Shown here piece after piece: positions 54,701 to 64,000 of a stretch of DNA of 64,000 nt. The notes under the pieces were generated by a model, which was not told the origin of the DNA, did no database searches, and saw only the letters and a list, made by a program, of their open reading frames with translations. The stretch is from NCBI GenBank assembly GCA_964187785.1, contig OZ076409.1:72728001-72792000 (forward strand). The letters run 5' to 3'. This DNA comes from Amphiscolops sp. MND2022. Taxonomy: Eukaryota. The position numbers were made by a program, and so were the translations under genes. How positions within the stretch are numbered: the stretch's first letter is position 1; every line of letters starts with the position of its first letter.

Positions 54701-56821
54701 TTCTAACGGTCCAGCTTATCTTTGCCATTTTTTCGAAAATGTACTCGCCTAAAGGCCTCCCCCTGGCCGAATTTACTCCCAGCAAAACCATTTGGCCCTA
54801 AATACGGAGTTTCAGCGTTCCAGCATTCCCGGGCGAAAAGTTGTGGGACTTGGAAAAATTCAAAAATTTTCAAAAAAATTTTTTTTTCGTTTTCCGGGTC
54901 CCCAATGAAGGGGAAACGACCCCCCAACCAGTATTTTGAGTGAATTCATGTGGAAAGCCCTTGTTTTGACGAGAAAAATACCGTTTAGAACATCTTTTTA
55001 TCTTGACTCAACGTTGACTTATGACGTTTTGAATGTGATGTAAGGATGTAGGAGGCATGTGATAAGTTGATGTTTTGAGTCTTTATCTCATATGAAAGCG
55101 GTTGAGATGCAAGCTGTCCTGCTCAAAACGTCTTTCGTTGTAATTTTCCAGTGCACCAATACCCTTTGGTGTCATATAAACATACTTTTTGTCGATATAT
55201 TAACATTTTTAATGTATTTATTCCAATTTTTATTATCTTATAACTCAAAACAGTTGAGTACATTTCATCTCCCTTTCGGGGGAGATGAGAATGTACTCGC
55301 TAAAGACCTAGCGCCATGACCAAAAGTTTGAAACCCACGTTTTTTATCTTCTTACAGACTTGTTTTTGTATTTTTTCGGAATTTTTTAAAAATTAATATA
55401 CTTGAAATACATTACTTGACTTTACTACTACAACCCACCTCCAACGACAACGCCCCCCTGCTTGCATCAACGCCCACCGTCCGTGGGCATGCCGAGGCAT
55501 GCCCTTCGACGACGTATGCCAAATGCCCAGTGCCACGCAGTCATTATCGCTAGGTGGCCGTGTCTTTTCGACGTGCTTTTGCATTGAGGAGTGGGTAGGG
55601 CCCCGCGACGACCTAGAAGAATTGGATGCTCACCGAAACGTGCAGAATTCTACGAGATCTCATAGTTTGAGCCATACGATTTTGCTGAAATTTGGCATGT
55701 GGCCTGGAATTGGTGAGTAGGTAAAACGTGTAGGAGGTGATTTTTCCCAAATTCCACTGTGAGACGAGATATGGGCAAATAACGGACCCAAAAATGGCAA
55801 AAATGCACTTTTTTCAACTTTGTCAGCCCATATCTCGTTCCCAGGTGCCCGGAGCGGGACGCGTTAAGCTGATTATAAACTCTCGGGTGTTGAGGCTGTA
55901 CGGGGAAGTCAGGCTCGTTCCGATCGGACTTGTAGTCTTGGAGAAATAACGGTATTTTTGGGGAACCTTTTCTAACGGTCCAGCTTATCTTTGCCATTTT
56001 TTCGAAAATGTACTCGCCTAAAGGCCTCCCCCTGGCCGAATTTACTCCCAGCAAAACCATTTGGCCCTAAATACGGAGTTTCAGCGTTCCAGCATTCCCG
56101 GGCGAAAAGTTGTGGGACTTGGAAAATTTTGAAAAATTTTCAAAAATTTTTTTTTCGTTTTCCGGGCCCCCAATGAAGGGGAAACGACCCCCCAACCAGT
56201 ATTTTGAGTGAATTCATGTGGAAAGCCCTTGTTTTGACGAGAAAAATACCGTTTAAAACATCTTTTTATTCTGACTCAACGTTGACTTATGACGTTTTGA
56301 ATGTGATGTAAGGATGTAGGAGGCATGTGATAAGTTGATGTTTTGAGTCTTTATCTCATATGAAAGCGGTTGAGATGCAAGCTGTCCTGCTCAAAACGTC
56401 TTTCGTTGTAATTTTCCAGTGCACCAATACCCTTTGGTGTCATATAAACATACTTTTTGTCGATATATTAACAATTTTAATGTATTTATTCCAATTTTTA
56501 TTATCTTATAACTCAAAACAGTTGAGTACATTTCATCTCCCTTTCGGGGGAGATGAGAATGTACTCGCTAAAGACCTAGCGCCATGACCAAAAGTTTGAA
56601 ACCCACGTTTTTTATCTTCTTACAGACTTGTTTTTGTATTTTTTTGGAATTTTTTAAAAATTAATATACTTGAAATACATTACTTGACTTTACTACTACA
56701 ACCCACCTCCAACGACAACGCCCCCCTGCTTGCATCAACGCCCACCGTCCGTGGGCATGCCGAGGCATGCCCTTCGACGACGTATGCCAAATGCCCAGTG
56801 CCACGCAGTCATTATCGCTAG
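51733..56821 (+). repeat. Four tandem family-F short cassettes (51733-53014, 53015-54284, 54285-55553, 55554-56821)
   Basis: Shared head GTGGCCGTGTCTTTTCGACGTGC. The last three are near-identical (1270, 1269, 1268 bp); the first has a different body. Confidence 0.92.
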
Positions 56822-58211
56822 GTGGTCGGGTATTTTTTTTTACTCGTAGATGGCGTTTGCGAGGCTTTGGGGAGGGCCCCGTGCCGAGCCTGTACCGAAA
56901 TTTACCACATACCAGAAGTGTCCGATTTAATCGAGATCTCAAAAACTAACCGTTAGAATTCTCTGAAATTTTGCATGTGGCCCCTAATCAATGAGTAATG
57001 AAAAAGTGTAGGAGTGACGGTTGCTGAAAAACTTGTCTTTGTTGCACTTTTTGCGCAATTTTTGTCGCATTGTTGCGTTTTTTATGTCATTTTCGACTTT
57101 TCAAGCAAAAAACTCATAGATGCTTTGTTCCTAGCGTATCAAGTGTGGAGCACGAAAAGTTGCAGCATCTTCCATTACGTATGCTGAGAAAATTTGGTTG
57201 CCCTCGGATTACCCCCCACAGAGATAGAGGGGTGCATCCGGGTATTTTTGACTCCTAAATTTGGGAAATTGCTAATTTTCGTAATAAAGCTGTAGATTTA
57301 GCGCGTGCACACCCTGCTGAAGATTTGTTAGGCATTTTGAGATAGATCCGATGACATGCGTTGAGTTCACCCCCATCACCTCCTTGACCGGAAATGAACG
57401 TTTTTGTGCACTTTCAGACCGGAAGTCTCCATTTTCACCGGTAAGGAGGCATTGTACGAGCAACTAGCAGGATATCAAAAGTGAAGTATAGCCTGGGGTC
57501 AACCTAATGACCACGTGTTGTCCAGTCATGGGTTTCGCTATGACCGGAAATGGGCTTAAAACCCCCTTTTGGTAGTATTTTTATCAATTTTCCTTGTGCT
57601 TGGTCCACATTCAAGTTGCGTAAGTCAGTTGAACCAGTGAGAGCATAAAATATATATTCACTGCGTAGTCGTAACTGACACTGCCAGATACCGGAAGTAA
57701 CCCCCTGTGACCGGAAGAGGTCAATTTTGACCGGAAATGGTCCAAAAAGTAGCGTAAATGCAGTTTTCAATGCTTTTCAAGGTCAAGTTATTAGTATTTT
57801 TCAATTTGAAAGCTATTTTCCACGCAAAAAGCTAACATCGTTGCATGTTTTGCTGAAAATCGGAAAAGTGATCACCATTATCACCCCCGATAGCCTTTCA
57901 AGTTGACCTTTGGTCAATCTTGAAGGCTATCTGTCCTGAAAACGAAAAATAGTGGAATTTTGTTTCCTCCTTTCTCTTGATATTTTTCCTTCAAGTCAAT
58001 TTGTCAAAAGAAAGACATTTGTTCAACTGAGTGATCTGAAACCTGTCCAGAGGTGTCACCCGGACGAATACCATTTCAAGCTGAAGTACACAAATCAGGG
58101 TAGTATTAGACATCACACACTCCTACCAACTACCACCGTCTGTGGGCATGCCGAGGCATGCCCTTCGACGACGTATGCCAAATAGCGCTACAGGGCGCCC
58201 ACATTTGCTAG
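56822..58211 (+). repeat. Divergent H-like cassette (1390 bp)
   Basis: Type II hairpin 57889-57931; ACCGGAAGTAACCCCC block shared with families B and H. Confidence 0.83.
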
Positions 58212-59598
58212 GTGGTTGGGGCGGTCCCCAGAACGCACAAGGAGGCGCGGGGAGGGTCCTGCGCCGACGTAGAATAATTTCATAAAATACTAGTATCCTA
58301 CATGGGTGATTTAGAGGCGATTTTGGAATCTAACCGTACGATTTGGATAATTTTTTGCATGCGGCCATAACTCGAAATTCTAAGAACTTTTTCTCACTGT
58401 CATTTTCCCCGCAAATTGTTTTTTGTTGACTTATGGCCGAAAAACCGGAAATAACGTCCTTTTTAAACGTTATATCCGAAGTGTTGTCATAACTTTTTTC
58501 CAGGGCATGCTAGCGTTCCCGTTCACTTTTACACTTAGTTGCAGCATCTCAAAATACAACTGGTGGAAAATTTTGGTTGCATTCGGATCACCCCCCACCG
58601 AGATAGAAGGGTTCCCCCCTCCAGTTTTACCCCCCAAAATTGAGAAAATACCAATTTTGAGCATGAAGCCGTGGATTTAGCGAATCCTTACCCCCCTATT
58701 GTTTTGTCGGACGTATTAGGGTCAATCTGGCGACATGTGTGGTTTTCACCCCCAACCCCCCCTGGGACCGGAAATGACATTTTTTGTGTTTTTTGACAAA
58801 AATTAGCCTTTTTGATTAGTTGGCAGTCGTTTTTGGGCCTCCTAGCAGGATATCGAAGTTGAAATACAACTTGATCACAACCCAGTGACAACATGTTGGC
58901 CAGTTGCAGGTACCATCATGACCGGAAGTGGGGTCAAACCCCCTTTTTGTGACCGCTTTTTGACCTTGTGCACCAAAATGCCAACAACTTGAGGCCTAAT
59001 GACGCATTCAAATCTGTACAAAGATAGAACGTTAGACAACGGAAGTCCCGGAAGCTCTTTAGCATATACCGGAAGTCACCCCCCATGACCGGAAGTTGTC
59101 CAATGTGACCGGAAATGGTCCAAAAATTCATGTAAAATTAATTTTTTCACTTATTGAATACCACTTCGTTGAACATTTTCAATCCCAAAACTAGCGTACT
59201 AGCTGGTGGCGTTGAATTTATGGAAATTGAGGAGCTTTATCACCCCCGATAGCCTTCGAAGTTGACCTTGCGTCAACTTTGGAGGCTATCGATTCTGAAA
59301 ATGAACAACAAAGTATTTTGTTGCTCTCGTTTTTTTCCGTTTTTTTCCTCAAATATTGTTGAGACATACACATGGCCGTTAGTTAAAATCAATATTTTAG
59401 CCCATGTTATAGCGTGAGTAGCGAAGCGTTACACAGGCTGGTGTGGTTTTGAACTATAATTATTTTAAAATAAAAAAAGACCATCTTAGTCAACTCCACA
59501 CATTCATACCAACGCCCACCGTCTGTGGGCATGCCGAGGCATGCCCTTCGACGACGTATGACGAATCCACTCCAACGACACCCGCAGTCCTCAGCTAG
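58212..59598 (+). repeat. Cassette family H (1387 bp)
   Basis: Homologous to 33249-34636. Confidence 0.9.
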
Positions 59599-60885
59599 GT
59601 GGCCGGAAATTTTTTTTTCATCAAAATCTTTGCCATTGGGGGAGGGGCCCCGGATGGCCAGTAGTACGGGATAGCTTCCTACCAAATCCAGATGGAAAAA
59701 ACGTGATTTCGGAAACTAGCCGTCAGAATTTGCTCAAATTTTGCATACGGCTTCCTATAACAATCCTAAGAACTAATCCCTACTGGCATTTTGCCCAAAA
59801 AACGCAAAAAGTTGGTCAAAATCTTAGTTTTTTGGTCAAAAAATGGCGTTTTTTCGAAAAAAAAATTTTTCAGAGACAATTACTCGTAACTGGTTCACCC
59901 AGCGCAAAAACGCCTAGCTGATTTATTGTCGGGCACTTCATCAGGAGTACGTATACAAATTTTCGTCCAAATCGGATAAAAATTGATTGAGAAATAACTG
60001 AAAATTTGAGGCATTTTTTTGGAAATTTTTGAAATCCCAGTCTATCTCTGCCGTTTTTTGCCCAGATTTTTTTCCAGACACTTTCCTAAAGACCTCCCCT
60101 GGCCGGTTTACCTCCCAGCAAAACCATTTGGCCCTAAATACGGAGTTTCAGCGTTCTAGCATTCCCGGGCGAAAAGATGTAGGACTTAGAAAAAATTCAA
60201 AAATTTTCAAAATTTTTTTTTTGCGTTTCCTGGCCCCCCAATGAAGGGGAACGACCCCCCAACTAGGATTTTTGGTGAATCCATGTGAAAAGGCCTTGTT
60301 TAGTGGAGCAAATTGCCGTTCAGAGCGACTTTTTATCTTAACTTGACGTTGACCTCTGTCGTTTTGAATTTGATATCAGTATGTGTTGAGCATGTGAAAA
60401 GTTCACGATTTCAATTGTTCTCCCGTGTTCAAGCCATTGAGATACAAGCGGTAGTGATCAAAATGTGATTTATCGCAATTTGGTGGTGTTTTTGGTGTAT
60501 TTTGATTCTTTTAAATAAAAAGTTGTTCTTTCTATATTTGGTGTATTGATTCAAATTAACAAGAAACAGTTGAGTACATTTCATCTCCCCCCTTGTGGGG
60601 GAGATGAGGATGTACCCGCTAAATGACACGCACAATGGCCCAATTTTATTTTTATGCGACGTTTTCTAGGCTTTTGCGCAAGCCCACTAAAATTTAGACT
60701 GGTTTCCTTTTCTTTTACTCCAAAATTTTCCGTACTAACCACCTTACGCACCACCAGCTCAACGTAATATCTGTAACGTCAACGCCACATACTCGCATCA
60801 ACGCCCACCGTCCGTGGGCATGCCGAGGCATGCCCTTCGACGACGTATGCCAAATAGCGCCACAGGGCGCAAACTTGTCCGCTAG
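59599..60885 (+). repeat. Cassette family A with divergent central patch (1287 bp)
   Basis: A-like ends; ~59930-60340 carries variants typical of D-like and other short units. Confidence 0.88.
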
Positions 60886-61954
60886 GTGGTCAAGGGGGAT
60901 GCCCATCAGAAAATATTGCGAGGCCGGGGAGGGTCCCGAGAGCCGAGCACATTCTATCAATTCCTACCTTCAGGATTGCGAAGTATTTTAACCGATCTCG
61001 AAATTCACCCGTAGGATTTGTCTGAAACTTTGCATGTGGCTTCATCTTAAAAATTTAAGAATTTTTTTCTGCTGACGTTTTTCCAGGAAAATTCATTTTG
61101 TAGGGTTTTTTTGCGTTTTTTTGGTTTTTTTCATCTTTGTTCATCTTTGATTAATCAATGACCAAATCAAAGGCCATTTTCACCATGAAGGAAAGCCCGT
61201 AGCGGCAAAGTGCACTTTTATGAAAATCATCAACGGTCAACGGTCTTTCGAACGGTCCAAAAAAATTTCCCCCCGGGGGAAACCAAAGTGCCGAAAAGTG
61301 CCAAAATTATTTTTTGACTGAATCACTTTGATCAAATTGATGATTTGAGTAGCCGGAACGGTCCGCACGGTCTCGGACAATAAGGCCAAAAATTGTCAGC
61401 ATCCAATGGGGGTTCCAAAAATGTAATTCGTTCACCTGTAGGAGACATCAGAAAAAAGTTGATTTTTTGGGGTATATGTCATTATGAGTGATTGGATGAG
61501 AAATAATTGTATCACTTTCAGTTGGATATGATGCAGCACAGGAAGCAGCTGCAGCAAACTTGAAACTGATTATGGGGCTGGGGTTTACCCTCTGTATCGA
61601 GCAAAATAGCCCTAGGGCATAAGTTGTGCCAAAAAATGCCTCAAAGTGATGATTTGGTTATTCCAAATCGATCAGCAAAATTTATTGTCACCGGTGTTCC
61701 GAGAGTTGCGCAGCATCTCGCAGGAACAACGGTGCTTGCTTAGAAAGCAAAAAACCACAAAATCCCTTGAGTTAAGTTGACGGCAGTCACCATAGACATT
61801 CACACGTCAGGGTGATGATATTTATCGTTCAATCCCAGAATAACTTACAAAAAATTGCTAGCCTCAATATTTCTTTTTCATACTCCATTAGCAAAGGTTG
61901 CGCTGTTAAGTTTAGGCCTTTTACTAGCAGTGCTCTAAATCGCTCCATCGCTAG
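60886..61954 (+). repeat. Shortened L-related cassette with unique 3' half (1069 bp)
   Basis: ~61100-61400 matches L heads (7680-7980). No internal hairpin or end box seen; ends CGCTAG. Confidence 0.8.
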
Positions 61955-63969
61955 GTGGTCGGGGTTTTCTCCCCACCTTTATTTGCGAGCGCGGGAGACG
62001 GGTCCTGTCGCGAGCCTTAGATACCAAAAATAGCCTATCCGCGACCGGGTCAAAAAAATGCGATCTCGAAAACTAGCCGTACGATTTGGCTGAAATTTGG
62101 CACACGGCTTCCTATAACAATTCTAAGAAACATTTACTACTGACGTTTTGCTGGCAAAAATCGAAAAGTGGGTCAAAATAACGGTTTTTGGGGTAAAAAG
62201 TAGCGTTTTTTTGAAAATTTTGCATTTCACAGCCAATTACTCGGAAATGGTCGATCCAGCGCAGTAACGCCTTGCTGATTTATTGTTGGGCACGTCAAGA
62301 GGCGTACGTACACAAATTTTCGTCAAAATCGGACTGAAACTTGGGGAGATATTAACGGTAGTTTGGGGGTTTCAAACCGCTATTTTACAGGAAATTGCAC
62401 TTTTTGACCGGGAAGGAGTTGTCTGAGTGCGGGGTCGTCTGGTAATGTTTTGTAGAGCATCTGGGGACGTAGTGGGGGACATGTAATTTAATGACCCCGG
62501 TTAACCCCTCGGACGGGAAATGACCGTTATGTGGGTTTTAAATGTGGCCCCCGCCAATTTTCCCCGTTATTTCCGGTGTGAAGGAGTGGTAGTAGCGCGT
62601 CGGGTGCCTTATATCAAAAGTACGTTTAGACAAGGACCTATTGGAAACATGTGGTTTGAGACCCTTTGAACGGACCCGTTAGCCGCTAATGGGGTGACTG
62701 CCTCCTTTTTTTGGGGGTAATACCGTAAAACGGGCATTGAAGTGAAATTAACTCGTGAACGCGTGGAGCTATCGTGTCCTTCACTACTACAAGGTTTCAT
62801 ACCCATGATATGGTGCCTTCAGGGGGGCAACAGATTTCCGCTATCTATCACCGTTACGGACTTGGCCCCCCAGCCTAACCGCTATGTGACCGGAAATGTC
62901 ACTTTTTGAGCCCAAAGTGTCGGTCCCAGCGTGGCAACGTTAGGTAACATATTGTAGTACACATTGAGACGAGTCGGGGGATTTAGTTTCAGTCACACCC
63001 TGTTGGCCCGTTAGGTCGGAAATGACCGTTATGTAGTGAAAAATGGGATTTTTATAGTTTTTGAAGGCCATTTCGGGCAGGAAGGAGGGGTAATATGACT
63101 TTGGACACCATATGATGGAAGACGTGAAGTGTGACGAGCATTCCGGATTAACCGTTATGATGACCCGGAAGTCCCCCTGGCCCCGGAAATGACCAAAAAA
63201 ATGTAACATTTTGTGTTTTTTGATTAAAAATGTTTGTTATTTAACCGAATAAAGTACATGTTAGGTGTTTCAATTTCTTCCAGAGGTGAATATAGTCCAA
63301 TTACATGGTGGGGGGTAACGGTATATTGCCCCGGAAGTCCAACCCGTTGGGTCTGAGTATGTTTTTCGGGTTTTAAAATGTGTCAAAACGTACTTTTGTG
63401 TAATAAATCTCTTTTGTAGGCTAATAAGGACCATTTTTGAAGAGTTTAAATTTTTTCATAGTAGTTTGTGGAACACCAAAAACTTAAATAACATAACCGT
63501 TATAATATGATAGCCTTTCAAGTTGGCCTTGTGTCAACTTGGAAAGGCTATCCTTCAAGACTCATGCAACAAAGAAGTTTTTGGGTACATTTGTATTGCT
63601 TTAGTGTCAATTAGAGTATCAACAAGAGTATACCAAGCACTAAAATTATGTCTAGTTTTCGTTATTAGGATATTAGTTTCCTTAATATTTGTCGGAAATG
63701 CTTTTTTTAATCTCTTTTAATGTGGTCTAAATACTCTGAAAACACTTTATCGAACCAATTTTCTTGGATGAACCTTAGTAACAATACTAAAAATCGTAGA
63801 CAACCTTGCTTCGTTTAAATATTTGAAGCTGAAACCGCACCTTACCGTTGCTCAAACTTCAACCCGACGCCCCATAGCATACATCAACGCCCATCGTCTG
63901 TGGGCATGCCGAGGCATGCCCTTCGACGACGTATGCCAAATACCTTTAACCCGACGCCCGCAGTCCTGG
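61955..63969 (+). repeat. Chimeric cassette: short-type head plus family-G body (2015 bp)
   Basis: ~62060-62360 resembles A/E heads; from ~62375 it matches G repeats. Type II hairpin 63509-63552; ends CTGG. Confidence 0.85.
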
Positions 63970-64000
63970 GTGCCGGGATTTCTATTCGATAAAGTATGTG

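Larger units (their letters stand above)
1..64000 (+). mobile_element. Head-to-tail array of ~39 related non-coding cassettes (putative non-autonomous mobile elements) joined at CTRG|GTG
   Basis: Cassette starts (G of GTG after CTAG/CTGG) at 2713, 4906, 6194, 7468, 12203, 17156, 21872, 23149, 24430, 25694, 26971, 29770, 31961, 33249, 34637, 35924, 37897, 39171, 40459, 41728, 43019, 44797, 46085, 47377, 48668, 50446, 51733, 53015, 54285, 55554, 56822, 58212, 59599, 60886, 61955, 63970. Homology between copies of a family begins and ends at these points. Mobility is inferred; no enzyme gene is seen. Confidence 0.7.

Noticed and set aside
91..63720. All listed ORFs as protein-coding genes, including recurring ones such as MAGNFFFHQ.. 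and MCVSFSGY..
   Set aside because: They are short (<=156 aa), show no recognisable domains, and are F/K-rich from homopolymer runs. Stops and frameshifts differ between copies (e.g. 44650 vs 50299), and they recur only because the DNA is repeated.
4810..63930. CRISPR array built on the palindromic GGGCATGCC repeat
   Set aside because: Repeats are mostly >1.2 kb apart, the intervening DNA is homologous between units, and there are no cas genes.
2709..63972. Cassettes as GT..AG introns, introners or recursive AG|GT splice sites
   Set aside because: Four junctions are CTGG, donors are GTGGC/GTGCC/GTGGT rather than GTRAG, there is no consistent polypyrimidine tract, and no exons are present. 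Not supported without RNA data.
2709..63972. Canonical Helitron, LTR element or TIR/MITE transposon
   Set aside because: No 5' TC or A|T target, no TG..CA LTRs, no terminal inverted repeats or target-site duplications. Only the 3' hairpin+CTRR resemblance to Helitrons holds.
1..64000. Kinetoplast minicircle concatemer, rDNA/5S/tRNA array, or bacterial integron
   Set aside because: No CSB-3 GGGGTTGGTGTA, no recognisable rRNA or tRNA sequence, no attC GTTRRRY/RYYYAAC pattern at the junctions, and no cassette ORFs or integrase.

Overview
No recognisable protein-coding gene, RNA gene or CRISPR array is present. All ORFs are <=156 aa, recur only because the DNA is repeated, and resemble no protein family I can identify. 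The whole 64 kb is one head-to-tail, same-orientation array of about 39 non-coding cassettes from roughly 8 related families. Sizes are ~1.27-1.29 kb (21 complete units), ~1.39 kb (3), ~2.0-2.8 kb (5) and ~4.7-5.0 kb (3 complete plus 1 cut by the window edge), plus a few truncated or odd units. At 36 places neighbouring cassettes abut with no spacer at the same 7-mer, CTRG|GTG (32 CTAG, 4 CTGG). Cassette order is shuffled: the 7 near-identical family-A copies are each followed by a different cassette, and a 4-cassette block is duplicated with both ends exactly on junctions. Most cassettes share one layout: a GTG start, two small covarying stem-loops (the second with a KAGGGY-type loop), a conserved core at about +110 to +190, a variable body, one of two alternative ~43-bp internal hairpins, paired TCAACGCC direct repeats, the GGGCATGCC-GA-GGCATGCCC hairpin box, a variable ~35-45-nt tail, and a CTAG end. 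My best inference is a site-specific, integron-like array of non-autonomous mobile elements that probably pass through circular or ssDNA intermediates. The 3' end is Helitron-like but the 5' end is not canonical, and any enzyme would have to be encoded elsewhere. The DNA looks eukaryotic (gene-free, rich in A/T tracts), but the host cannot be determined from this window. Coordinates were counted by hand and may be off by a few bases.
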